From Ginkgo biloba (taxonomy: Eukaryota; Plantae; Ginkgophyta), in the NCBI GenBank assembly GCA_024626585.2, contig JANKJI020000002.1, positions 97,653,220 through 97,669,603 on the forward strand: DNA of 16,384 nucleotides, written 5' to 3'. Below are positions 1-10,864 of this stretch, one piece after another. Each line of letters starts with the position of its first letter. Position 1 is the stretch's first letter. The translations under genes were made by a program, and so were the position numbers. The notes beneath the pieces are model-generated. The model saw only the letters and a list, made by a program, of their open reading frames with translations, made no database searches and was not told the origin of the DNA.

Positions 1-1
1 C

Positions 2-309
2 CTGCATCCAATTAAAATTCTTTACCATATATGGAGAAAAGTTGCAAAATGCCTTGTAAATATACAAATATATATATATATATCAGCAGAAAGTGAAACT
101 AGTCTTTTCTTTTTGTAGAATTGCAATCCATTCACACACATCATTTCACTTTGGTAAAATCACTTGTTTGTTTGAAAGAATTATTGCAAACAATTGCAAC
201 TACCCATTATTTCAATATTAACAGATCCGTGTCCCTGAAAATGAGGCCACAAATACAAGAAGTTGGTCAAATCCAGGACTGAGGAACCCATGCTCTGGAA
301 AGCACTTAC
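2..309 (-). other. GT-AG intron downstream of the FYR exon; next exon probably starts at position 1 and runs off the window
   Basis: GTAAGT donor at 309, T-rich on the minus strand, ends ...ttttaattggatgcAG|G at 3-2. Confidence 0.55.
68..83. repeat. (AT)8 microsatellite in intron
   Basis: atatatatatatatat read directly. Confidence 0.9.
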
Positions 310-417
310 CACAAATGCAGGACCTTTAGTACCCTCACGAATCTCCATTTTATAGATGTGACCAGCATGATTGCGCACAGCTTGATATCCAACGGGATAA
401 GGATATCGGTCTTTTCC
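310..417 (-). CDS. Internal coding exon of a plant FY-rich (FYR) domain protein, AT1G26330-like putative DNA/chromatin-binding protein
   Basis: Minus strand reads ...ttcagatctgcAG|GGA AAA GAC CGA TAT CCT ... CCT GCA TTT GTG|GTaagt. This gives a canonical acceptor (AG 419-418) and donor (GT 309-308), phase 0/0, 108 nt, no stops. Peptide GKDRYPYPVGYQAVRNHAGHIYKMEIREGTKGPAFV matches the recalled motif GKDR(F/Y)PYPVGYxAVR...YxMEIxEGxKGPLF of this plant family. Confidence 0.85.
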
Positions 418-737
418 CTGCAGATCTGAAGTAATTTAATAAGAATCAATGATGCAGTCCACCTAGAAAACCATTTGACCAGTATAAATGTCCTATTTTC
501 AGAACATGCTCCTTGCAAGTATCGATTCCATCATTACAATAGCAAATGTCTCTGCTTCATGTGTAAATTTTATGTCAGATAACGATCAATCAGGATATCA
601 TCAAACATCAACAACAATATGATAGGTTGGTGAACAGAGTGATGTCCAAGACCATTGCACACTGCTGCTTGTTTTTGCACAAAATAAGAATTGAACCTAC
701 AAATGCTGACACATAATGATTACAATGACTCAAAGAC

Positions 738-1012
738 ATTGAATCTGCATCAAACTGAAAGCACAAAAGATGGGACAAAAACAAGCCATCTCTTTTGTAA
801 TTGCTTAGTCGTGGATAAATACTCAAAATTGTAAAAAGCATATAAGAGGTAGACCAGTTTACTAAAGCCTAGCAAGCCATGCTTGGATTTTGATATGATT
901 GCATTTTGAAGTAAAAAAATTGCACATAGTAATAACCACCAGCCAAAATATTGAATCTGCGTCAAATACACATATCTGAATGCACAAAATAGAGGTGATA
1001 AAAACAAGCCAT
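738..1012. repeat. Diverged direct duplication, copies at ~738-789 and ~950-1012
   Basis: attgaatctgcatcaaa-ctgaaagcacaaaa...aaaaacaagccat versus attgaatctgcgtcaaa(tacacatat)ctgaatgcacaaaa...aaaaacaagccat. Confidence 0.75.
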
Positions 1013-1413
1013 GAATACAGGTCCAGCATGGAGCAGCATGAAAGCAAGTAGGTTCAGCAATGACACCAGTAGTTGACCAGAAAAACAAACTGCGGCTTAA
1101 AAAAAAAACTATGGTATGTATACTGCAGCAAACAACATTGCACCAAATCAATCACGACATAAAGCGAAGCGAAATAATAGCTGGTTTCACCACAGCTGTG
1201 CTCTAATTCTGCTTGGAACTTTCAGCAGCCAAGGAAATTTCCTTTAGCAGCCCTCAAATTCTGTGGATTAGATACAACATTCCTTAAAGGCAGAAGAGAG
1301 TACAGGGGACATTAAGATTCCATTTTAAAAAGTAATCCACTGCAAAACAAAATTGATTACAAAATAATTAAAAAGAAAAGCTGAGAACTACAAAAGAAAG
1401 TTAGGGCATGTTT

Positions 1414-1513
1414 NNNNNNNNNNNNNNNNNNNNNNNNNNNNNNNNNNNNNNNNNNNNNNNNNNNNNNNNNNNNNNNNNNNNNNNNNNNNNNNNNNNNNNN
1501 NNNNNNNNNNNNN
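1414..1513. other. Assembly gap of exactly 100 N; a second 100-N gap lies at 5603-5702
   Basis: Exactly 100 N, a common placeholder for gaps of unknown size. The other gaps are 10-535 N. Confidence 0.85.
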
Positions 1514-3025
1514 TTCATGTCTATCATCCCCCATAAATATTCTTAAAAATTGATTAATATTTTTCCATTCTTATCTTAAATAATATAATATTGTACCCAA
1601 AGTATGTCCAAACATGTGTGAAGAACAACTTGCCAAACTGTAGTGATGAAACTATTCTTTCATATGCTATCAAAATAACCATTTTTCTAAGTTTATCTAC
1701 CACCAAAAAAAATAATCATGAACTATGTATGTCACTATAAAATCACCAAGAAAATTNNNNNNNNNNNAAGGCCTATCTAGAATAGGAAATGTATTGTACC
1801 TCTCTAGCTTCTTGTTAGAAGGCTTATAAGTGTAATATAAGGAATAATATTGAATAAATCTCTCCACATCCAACTACATCCTGGGATAGGAAAAATAATA
1901 TTATAGATGTCTAATGGTATTCTTCATTCTAAAGTTCCCTACCAATTTAGAATGATATACCTCATGAATCAATTGTAGTCTATAACTACCACTACTACAA
2001 AGAGTGAACAAGTATACCACTGTATTATTTCTCCCCTTCTTATATTTGATGATGATATGAAACTACTAGAGGGAACCTATCCATTTGACCAACCAATAAT
2101 CCTCTAATATTCTATATGAGTGAAGGAACTATAGATGTTAGTGATTAGAGTGAATGGTGGTCTTATTCCCAAGGAGATAATGCTTTCAATATTTCATGTC
2201 CTAAACTATAACATAAATCTCCTTTTGGTACATGTTGTACCTCTTTATTATATATAAAAAATACTTTAAGTGATAGATAATTGGCTTGTATAACTATGTT
2301 AAAATTGGTCTCATAAAATGCTTCAATGCATTTTCCTCCATCACAAAAGGCAACTAAAGATTAGTCATCACCAACAATATTGATATATATAATAGATCCT
2401 TGATCAAATCGAAATAATATTATTTTTATTTACCCCAAATGAAGGCCTACTTAACCTTTATAACTTGATGGAAAGGAGAATCAATTTTAGAAAAATTGGG
2501 TACAAAATTCCTATAAAAGTTGGTCAAACCCCAAAATCTACAAAAATTATCCACATTAATTGACCACCCCCAATATGCTAAGATATCAATAATAACAAGA
2601 TAAACTATAAATCCATTCATATCAATGATGAAATTGTTAATCGTTCCTTCATATAATAGGGTTGAAGATACCACTCTCTTCAGATATATTCTCAACTCTT
2701 ATGAGATTAGTCAATAATCCATCTTTACTATGGCATCCATATGCTTATGTCATTAATTCATTCACACATATTACCATACATAGATAATGGAGAAAACCAA
2801 TTTATTCATTATATTATGAGAAATGATGGTGGCTACATATAATATAGAGAACACATTACAACACTGCATACAAATCAAGAATCTATCTACAAATGAGGAT
2901 AACTTCTATCTCAGGATTGTATGTACAAAATACATTTAAGATCCCTTTAGTTCTTTCAGATGACTCTTCTTTATACATATCATTTAAATTTATGGTAACT
3001 ATTGATGATTTTTACAATATATAAT
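1514..3025 (-). mobile_element. Element A: decayed Ty3/gypsy (chromovirus-like) pol remnant, RT-RNaseH-integrase
   Basis: Minus-strand translation across stops and frameshifts. RT end: RFWGLTNFYRNFVPNFSKIDSP (~2470-2540). RNase H: LPFVMEENA and YNMYQKEIYVIV*DMKY*KHYLLGNKTTIHSNH*HL...VKWIGSL**FHIIIKYRRG (~2030-2365). INT zinc region: RLQLIHEVYHSKLVGNF...M*LDVERFI (~1830-1985). INT core: KPSNKKL...PILDRP, HDYF.VVDKLRKM, LFFTHVWTYFG (~1515-1825). The RT-RH-INT order is diagnostic of Ty3/gypsy. Confidence 0.9.
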
Positions 3026-3030
3026 TATAA

Positions 3031-5299
3031 TGATGTAACCCCAAGAATGTCAGTGTCAGTTAGGGATAACTCCATTAGTTATTGATAAAGGGATCTTTCA
3101 GTCATCAAGTGTTGACATCTAGATCCATCAATCATCATAGTAGAATCCTTTGATCATCATCCTTAGGATTTTCTCTTATCCAAGATAAACAAAGGTAATT
3201 ACTCCTATTAACCCTAAAATGTCTTGATGGATGCTTGTGACACAGGTATACAACCCAGGAAAGTAGGGACCTATAACAACCATTGTATGCAGTAAATTGT
3301 GCACGCCAAAGCCGACCTCAAGCACAAACTGGGTACTTGTGTATTGTCAAGCTATGTATAATTCAGTCAATCATTTGTAGACAATAAGTTACTATAATTT
3401 ACCAGTTTTTGTGATTGAATACTATGCTTGTGATTGAATAATTGCCATTAAAGGTCTTGCCAATCAGCATCATTCACGTGATTGNNNNNNNNNNNNNNNN
3501 NNNNNNNNNNNNNNNNNNNNNNNNNNNNNNNNNNNNATGGGACGGGCTAGTAGTTAGACATCCAACCCCTTAACAACCATGGAAAGGAATTTATGCATAT
3601 AACCTTGAGCTGCCAACATTCATTCTGTTGCCTTTTTGAATCACATGGGGTGTAGGGCAACAACAGAGAGTAACTGGTCTGGACAAAGTTTGTACAATGG
3701 ACTGTAGTTTGAATTCTCTTAATGATTCTACCAAAGAGAAGCAGGATCACAACCTATAGGGTAAAGTACACGGAAGAGATCCCAGCCAAATGGAATGAGC
3801 AATGCAACCTGCAGTAGACAAGATCATGACAGTCTTTCAAGACTGCAGTCATAATAACAGATTGTAGCCTACAATAACTGAGAAAGCAGTCTCCAATTAA
3901 GGTTTGTCACCTATAAAAGACAGGAGTTGTCCTGTGCATGTGAGGATTGCAGTTTAAGTTCATGATTGTAGGAATGCAAAAATGAAGATTGCACAGAAAG
4001 TCCAATCATGCAATCTACAACTGAATCTACGAATTTTAAAGAACTTGTTATAGATGTATGCTTAAAAGAAGGTTGCTTGATTGAAAATGGTGTTATACCT
4101 ACATGATTTCATAATGTTTATGTTTAAATAGCAATAAAAGATGTGCAAGAATTTTCAACCACAATTGGTAGGGCTGCAAATTCAGTGGACAGTGAGCTAT
4201 TTGCAGATCAGGAATACTTGGGGTTCCTATTGCAGAATCAGATTCTCAAAATCTTCTAGAATGATATGATAATTGTAGATATTAATGCGAAGAAAAGCTT
4301 GATTCAGACTTTCCAGTCCCATTGAAAAAAGGAACAGTTTAAGGACGCAACAACCACAATCTAGAAGATCAAAAGGGAAACTCATTTAAACATCAAACAA
4401 GCACCAAATGGCATTTGAAAATCAAAATCACTTATATCGGTTCCCATGAAAGATAATAGAAGTTCAGAAAAAGTTACCGCAATCGACCAAAAGTTAAAGG
4501 ATGATCAGCTGAGATTTCCAAGAGCTTATGAGTTAAAGAGATTTTAGAGAGCTTCAATTTTAAGTCTAGATCCTCTAGGAGAATCAAATTGAACAAATCC
4601 TTTGAATTTGAAGATAGAAAACACTGGTTCATGATTTTGAAAATTAAGATGTTGAAACAGTTGGCAGATAAAAACAAGCTACACATACCACTTGCCGTTG
4701 TCCTTAATGGTAAGAAACCAGTCACTTCAAAAATCAAAATTGAATGGAATTCAAGGACCTGACCTATCATTAAGATGGATGAAAAAGGAGGAAGATAGTC
4801 ATCCCCAATTTTATACATATCGGAAGTATGATTATTTCTAGAATGACTGTACATGGAGGTTCCAACATTAATGAGATACCAAAAAGCCAATGACAAAGGT
4901 TGCGTAGAGTGCCTTCATCTGAGCCTACCTTCAATATTCACGTAGGGAACTAATAGAAGCAGAGGCCAATTGGAATCTTGGATGGGCTCCAAGTGAACAT
5001 TATCAATATTGAATAAGTCCAAGAATTTTAAATCATACATGACACTTGCATTTATTAAGAGAGACAAATATATAAATAGGAGAGAAAAAAAGTCACTCCA
5101 AAGTTTGAAAGCCCAAAGTAGTCATCGAGGGTTAAGTGTGAGAGGCTTAACCCAAGACGATTGTACCTTGTACAATTATTTATGAAAAACAAATGAGAAT
5201 TGTACCCCATATTTGTGTGTCTTGATCTTCGTGCAATTGATTTATGATGTCCTATAATTATTGCATGCTAAATCCTCATTTATGTGTAATAACCCATCA
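3031..5299 (+). mobile_element. Long LTR-like non-coding insertion that truncates element A
   Basis: Begins TGATG right where A's RT similarity stops and ends CATCA, a 5-bp terminal inverted repeat. TATAAATAGG at 5071-5080 is followed by a T-rich U5-like stretch. No target-site duplication seen (tataa vs ttgat), so it may be composite. Confidence 0.4.
5071..5080 (+). promoter_or_regulatory. LTR-type TATA box
   Basis: TATAAATAGG about 220 bp before the putative LTR end at 5299. Confidence 0.4.
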
Positions 5300-5550
5300 T
5301 TGATGGTGGGCTCTGCACAGAAGACCCACTAGTAGTCAACAGAGTGTTGATGTTGGATCGATGTTTAGAAGACAATGATCTCTTTGGATAGCAATCTACT
5401 ACATTGGCAATTAGGGGATTATGAAAAGGTTTCACTTGGATGCTTAGAGGTCGACATTGATCAAACCAAGCATCACGACAATCAAACTAATGTTGGAATC
5501 TTCTATATACTATATACTGCAAAAAAGGCATGTCCATTTGATCATCCCCT

Positions 5551-6570
5551 TGTTACAGAAATTTAGGGACACAAAAGATGCAAGTAAAACTCGGTTTTGT
5601 ATNNNNNNNNNNNNNNNNNNNNNNNNNNNNNNNNNNNNNNNNNNNNNNNNNNNNNNNNNNNNNNNNNNNNNNNNNNNNNNNNNNNNNNNNNNNNNNNNNN
5701 NNAATTGATCTCTAATCTCGTTCATTTTTTGATGCCCTATCTTTTATGAGATTAGAGGGAAGTACTACTACCTTTTTAGGGATATAGGAGGGTCCCTCTC
5801 TACATTAATTTCATACCAAGATCAACAATGGCTAGCTCTCTTCCCTAGAGAGCTCTTTCACCATAGACGTCGTCTCCGAGAAAGTACAACACAACATCTA
5901 CACAAAGTTTGGCACATCACCTCCTTCTTCCAATCTATGATTTTAGTGATAGGGCCAAGGTACATGTATGGCCTCTAGCAAAACACCCAACGTTATCTAG
6001 AGACCATGACTAGTAGTTGTCAACCTTACACACAGAGCCTAGCAAGAGACACCCTAGATGCACCAAAGGGGTGTTCTTATATGACCAAGAAAGACGGGCC
6101 CAGATCCATGGGAGGCATACTCATCACCAACTTTTTTGTGCCACATAGAAGAGCTTTGTCCTTGGGATGTTAAGAGAGACAAGAGCAAGATAACCATGGA
6201 TGACTAGCATATAGAGGAGATCATTACACAGACCTTGGGGGATTTTGTGATAACAAATAACCCATAAATCCATCACTATAGGATCAACAAGTTTGTAAAG
6301 GTTTTGCCTAGTGCCTTAAGGGTTTTATAAACCCCATGTAGAAGAGGCCCCTTTTAAAAGAGCCCTCGTCCTCCCTTTGGATGTACCTTTTATTTCTCAT
6401 TTGTCGCTTTTTATTTAGAGCCTTCTTAATAGAGTTCTCTTTTAGGTCTTAGATTTAGTACTAGAGATGCCAAAAGCACTCCCCTTCTTTGTAATATTTG
6501 TGCACATTAGTATAGTCACATTGACTACTTTTTGGTGCTTGTGCACATTAATATACATTTCATTTCATTT
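5551..6570 (+). mobile_element. Probable LTR-derived non-coding segment upstream of element C
   Basis: Starts TGTTAC, has ttataaa at ~6325 and a T-rich U5-like tail with repeated ttgtgcacatta (~6498, ~6539). Contains a 100-N gap. Boundaries are uncertain. Confidence 0.3.
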
Positions 6571-6571
6571 C

Positions 6572-7731
6572 TACCATTGCCATTTGTCCAAAAGAATGGG
6601 AAATTGCAAATTTGTGTAGAGTAATTCTCAATCTCAACTGCAATGAACAGGGACTAATTCTCAATCCCATTTACTAATAGTATTTTGGAGGTAATTAGAC
6701 ATGACATCTATTCTTTTTTAGATGGAGACAACTTATAAATAGATCGATATCATTGAGGAAGACAAGTTGAAAACCACAATTGTATTGGAATACAAGAACT
6801 ATACTTATAACAAGATGCCATTTGAACTATGTAATGATTCGGCAATATTTTAGCAAATTATTCTACAATTGTTCAAAAAGTTGTCAACAAGTAGAGAAAA
6901 ATATTCTTGTATGAATGATTTCTATATAGCTCGATCCCTACACATCTAGAAGTAGTCAAAGAATGCATGGAAATGTGTTATCTAGCTCGATTAGGAGAAA
7001 TCCAAGACTATGCCAGGGCATACTCGATTANNNNNNNNNNNNNNNNNNNNNNNNNNNNNNNNNNNNNNNNNNNNNNNNNNNNAAAGAAGGCCAAACCATC
7101 CCAATTGACTAGGGGACTGTTATATGAAATGGGCCCTAATGAAGTCATGCAGAGATGCATCATACCCAAAGTACACAAAGTCATCCAAGAGGCATATGTT
7201 GGTCCCTCTAACGAATATGTGGGCCATGAGTTAATAGCATGAAAGATTTTGCTAGTTGGTTTATGACACAAGTCCTCTAAAACATTAAAGATTTCACTAG
7301 ACATTGTGATATTTTTGACACACGAGACGTCCACTAAAGAAAGACTTTATGCCTTTGCATCCAACCTTGCCATAAGAACTCTTTGAGGATTGGGGGTTGG
7401 ATTTTGGGTGTCCCTTACCCCTAAAGTTGACCAATGATCACAACGAACACTTCTTCAATCATGTAATCTAGCATTTGGCAACGAAATTCTAGATTTCTCA
7501 TCAAAAATCAAGTTCCTACAATCCAAGAGCCAATAGCCAAGGGGAGGGAACCAAGTCTTAGTAGCAACTTTGTGTAAAACTTGTAGCATTGACCAAAAAG
7601 ACTGGGCTAACAAACTCTCAACAAGGCTATGGACATTTTGCACTATCTACAAGGTAATAATGCTACATACTCCTTTTCAATTGGCCTATGTGCAAGATGT
7701 AATGCCTTCAAAGTTTGTAATTATGCATTGA
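6572..7731 (+). mobile_element. Element C, 5' part: decayed non-chromovirus (Athila/Tat-type) Ty3/gypsy RT plus integrase, with RNase H deleted
   Basis: RT: VQKNGKLQICVE*...D*FSIPFTNSIL, HDIYSFLDG, IIEEDKLKTT...YNKMPFELCN, IFLYE*FLYS (decayed FLDDW-type active site at ~6901), ECMEMCYLARL. INT: LLYEMGPNEVMQRCI...VIQEAYVG, P*ELFEDWGLDF, HQKSSSYNPRANSQ, DWANKL..LW, TPFQLAY..DVMPSKF. Confidence 0.9.
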
Positions 7732-7788
7732 NNNNNNNNNNNNNNNNNNNNNNNNNNNNNNNNNNNNNNNNNNNNNNNNNNNNNNNNN

Positions 7789-8065
7789 TGCACACAAGAG
7801 TTGTACATAGGTATTACACAATGGAACTGTCAATAGTTGGACAGTTATTACTTTTTGTAACGACACATGGAGGGACACCTTCGCATATAAAAGGATCCCT
7901 CGCTATAATGTAAGGATGCTATGCACAGTTTATAATAATTCTTAATGCAATTCTTGTTTTTAAGTATTTTCTTGTGTCTCTATATGTTATCTAGGTTGCA
8001 CCCTTGGTAGAAATATGCATACAACATCTAGCATTATTGTTGACCTAGGTAGCATATAAATTCCA
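7789..8065 (+). repeat. 5' LTR remnant of element B; its start is hidden in the N gap
   Basis: TATAAAAGG at 7886-7894, T-rich U5-like region, terminal CA at 8064-8065 with TGG one base later, ~500 bp upstream of gag. Confidence 0.55.
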
Positions 8066-8066
8066 A

Positions 8067-8085
8067 TGGTGACAACATAAAGAGA
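8067..8085 (+). promoter_or_regulatory. Degenerate primer-binding site, possibly tRNA-Arg type (TGGCGAC.. decayed to TGGTGAC..)
   Basis: tggtgacaacataagagac located 1 nt after the LTR-terminal CA. The tRNA identity is an inference. Confidence 0.4.
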
Positions 8086-8587
8086 CCAAGAGGTGAGGCA
8101 TACTCATGACTAAAGGAATTGCATATATGGTAGGGGGATTACAACATAAGAGGTTTGGAGTAAGGGTCATTTGATAAGGGAGGACTACAAAACTATTCGT
8201 GTCGTCAACCAAGGAGGGAGAACTTAAGCATTCGGCACACTTGGCAGATCGACAAGAGGAAAAGGTGGCAGAGACAAGACCTAGAGGATAGGACCAGTAT
8301 TGTTGAAAGAAGTGGAGGAAAGTCTAGCAAAGTTAAGTCTACAATAGAAGGACAACCAAGCGAAAGGAGGGTAAGTCCAGACAGAGTGTATGAGTCGGAG
8401 AAAGCCAAGAGAGGTTCAAGGTGACAATGAGAAGTTTAAAAAGAGGGGAATTGCAACATTGTATCAACAAAGACGAGTGTGGAAGTTTCCCAGAATAGTG
8501 TAGAGAAAATTGGGAGAGTCAGTAATAGACAATAACCCACCTTTGAAATCAATTGTGATAGCTTCACTTACAAAAGTTGTAGAATGA

Positions 8588-9017
8588 CAACAACTACCCA
8601 CATTTAGCAGGGAAGGCAAGGAAGACCCAACAAGACATTGCAATATCTGTGAAACAATATGGGTAGCCAACAGTGAAGACAACGAGACAAAATGGTTGCA
8701 AACCTTTTTGGCCACACTAAGGGGGGAAGCAAAAGACTTGTCCAAGGTATTCCTTAGGGATCACTTTAGCTCATGCATGGACTTAAGGAATGCATTCATT
8801 AAGGAATTCCAACCACTACGAGATTATAGTGAGGTAATTAATCAAATATACAATTTGAGGCAAGAACGAGAACAAATCGTACAAGAATATAATAATAAGA
8901 TGAAGGCCTTGATGAAAAAAATGCCTAATGTAACAGACAGTCTGAAGAAAGGGTGGTTTATGGAAAGTTTGTTGCCTAAGTATGAGAAAAAGTTGAAGGT
9001 AGTTCCTCTCACTACTT
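8588..9017 (+). pseudogene. gag: Retrotransposon gag (Retrotrans_gag domain) of element B
   Basis: Open frame QQLPTFSREGKEDPTRHCNICETIW...WLQTFLATLRGEAKD...DLRNAFIKEF...IYNLRQEREQIVQEYNNKM...WFMESLLP. Preceded by an in-frame TGA at 8585 and followed by a 535-N gap. Confidence 0.9.
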
Positions 9018-9554
9018 NNNNNNNNNNNNNNNNNNNNNNNNNNNNNNNNNNNNNNNNNNNNNNNNNNNNNNNNNNNNNNNNNNNNNNNNNNNNNNNNNNN
9101 NNNNNNNNNNNNNNNNNNNNNNNNNNNNNNNNNNNNNNNNNNNNNNNNNNNNNNNNNNNNNNNNNNNNNNNNNNNNNNNNNNNNNNNNNNNNNNNNNNNN
9201 NNNNNNNNNNNNNNNNNNNNNNNNNNNNNNNNNNNNNNNNNNNNNNNNNNNNNNNNNNNNNNNNNNNNNNNNNNNNNNNNNNNNNNNNNNNNNNNNNNNN
9301 NNNNNNNNNNNNNNNNNNNNNNNNNNNNNNNNNNNNNNNNNNNNNNNNNNNNNNNNNNNNNNNNNNNNNNNNNNNNNNNNNNNNNNNNNNNNNNNNNNNN
9401 NNNNNNNNNNNNNNNNNNNNNNNNNNNNNNNNNNNNNNNNNNNNNNNNNNNNNNNNNNNNNNNNNNNNNNNNNNNNNNNNNNNNNNNNNNNNNNNNNNNN
9501 NNNNNNNNNNNNNNNNNNNNNNNNNNNNNNNNNNNNNNNNNNNNNNNNNNNNCA

Positions 9555-9596
9555 TGTTTGAAATGTGGACTGAGGGACCATTCAAAGCACACATGT
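9555..9596 (+). other. Gag CCHC zinc knuckle (C-X2-C-X4-H-X4-C)
   Basis: tgt ttg aaa tgt gga ctg agg gac cat tca aag cac aca tgt = CLKCGLRDHSKHTC. It lies in a different frame from the ORF track because the gap length is only estimated. Confidence 0.9.
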
Positions 9597-10099
9597 CCAA
9601 ATGTAAAGCACGTCAACTTTATTTTGCAAGACTATATGGAAGATGCCCCTAGTTATAAGGTTGAGACGAGACGATTGGCTAAACGACAATACACGAACCA
9701 AACAAGAAAGATAAATTATTGAAAGCAAAAGAATTAGTAAGTGAGATACAACAAATAAAGAACACACCAACAAATTCTAGCCAAGGGGACACACTAACAA
9801 AGAAGCGAGTTCTTCTATTAGATTCTTGCCTAAGGAATGAGGGATATCCATATGTAGAGTTATTGCATTGGCAGGTGGAGGATTGCAAGCTCTTGTCATG
9901 ACATGTTTCAGAATAGATAAGAAGAGGAACCCACAAGAACCGACTTATTTCATGTTGGCAAAGAGAACAAAGTTTTTCTGACACAATTCTCAGAGTTTCA
10001 ACTAGAAGATATTAAACTGAATACCAAGCCAACCTATAACTTCTGGACAATGGAAGAAATCACACACAAGGAACCTCTTATGATGACCGCCAACCTAGG

Positions 10100-10660
10100 G
10101 AACCAATCCTTGTGCGCAATAACTGGGAACCAACATTAATCCAAACTGCCTTAGAGATATTCTAGGAGTATAAAGATGTGTTTGCATGGACCCATCCAAG
10201 TGTACTAAGCAAATTATGCGAGCATCATATCGAGCTTCTTCCCAATGCCAAACCAACAAGACGACAACCATATCATACCAACCCCAAGTATGCTATGCAA
10301 GCACAAGCAAAAATCAAGCAAATGAATGGTCTTCCCTAATTGTTATCTCAACCAAGAAAATAGGAAAGATATGAATATGCGTGGATTTTCAAAAACTAAA
10401 TGCGATCACTAAGAAGGATCCATTCCCATTGCCATTTATGGACAAAATTGGTTGAGATTGTCAAGCATGAGATCTATCGATACTTGGACGAATTCTCAAG
10501 ACACAATCAAATAAGTATAGCGGAGGAAAACCGCACAAAAACTAGTTTTGTGATGGAGTTCAAAACTCCTGCATATAACAAAATGCCATCTAAACAGATC
10601 ATTATGCAATTGTTTGACACATTAGCAATAGGAAAAGTTTAAGTTTTTCTAGACAATTGG
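10100..10660 (+). pseudogene. pol: Reverse transcriptase remnant of element B
   Basis: EYKDVFAW, CEHHIELLPNAKPTRRQPYHTNP, EWSSLIVISTKKIGKI*ICVDFQKLNAITKKDPFPLPFMD, YLDEFSRHNQI...KTSF...YNKMP, and VFLDNW at 10643-10660 (catalytic DD decayed to DN). Confidence 0.92.
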
Positions 10661-10864
10661 GCATTAGACAAACGACATCTGCGTGCACAATAGACAATGC
10701 ATGTTATTCAACAACATTGGGAAGTTTGGCATGATAAACAATTGAAGTGCAAAGATTTGACGACTAGAGTATGGGTCCTGAAATATGATGTTCAGCTAGA
10801 AATTCTCTAGGGTACCTTGCAACCAAAAACTTTCAATGGTTCCAAGCTTAAAAAATACAAATGA
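10661..10864 (+). pseudogene. pol: Integrase C-terminal tail of element B, fused directly to RT
   Basis: ALDKRHLRAQ*T...WHDKQLK...WVLKYD and TFNGSKLKKYK* (stop 10862-10864). RNase H, INT core and the GP(Y/F) segment are absent. Confidence 0.8.

Noticed and set aside
181-378. 65-aa ORF as a stand-alone gene
   Set aside because: It is part of exon 310-417 read through the GTAAGT donor into the intron.
463-511. Minus-strand EHVLKIGHLYWSNG, faintly like the missing upstream exon motif (..SIG.LY..W)
   Set aside because: Lacks the WDKKYWSSSR block, and the nearest GT (462) would give a 45-nt intron in the wrong phase.
608-1151. Minus-strand ORFs of 61-133 aa
   Set aside because: F/L/C-rich translations typical of T-rich intron sequence, with no recognisable motif.
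4474-4896. 140-aa minus-strand ORF
   Set aside because: No recognisable domain, lies antisense within an LTR-like block, and is likely a chance ORF.
8816-9616. Long minus-strand ORFs of 189-266 aa, and the full 318-aa length of the plus ORF
   Set aside because: Their lengths are artefacts of the 535-N gap. Only the plus-strand gag portion is real.
6572-10864. RT fragments as a novel RT-based system (retron- or DGR-like)
   Set aside because: All RT motifs are ordinary Ty3/gypsy, flanked by gag and integrase, and broken by stops, frameshifts and mutated catalytic aspartates.
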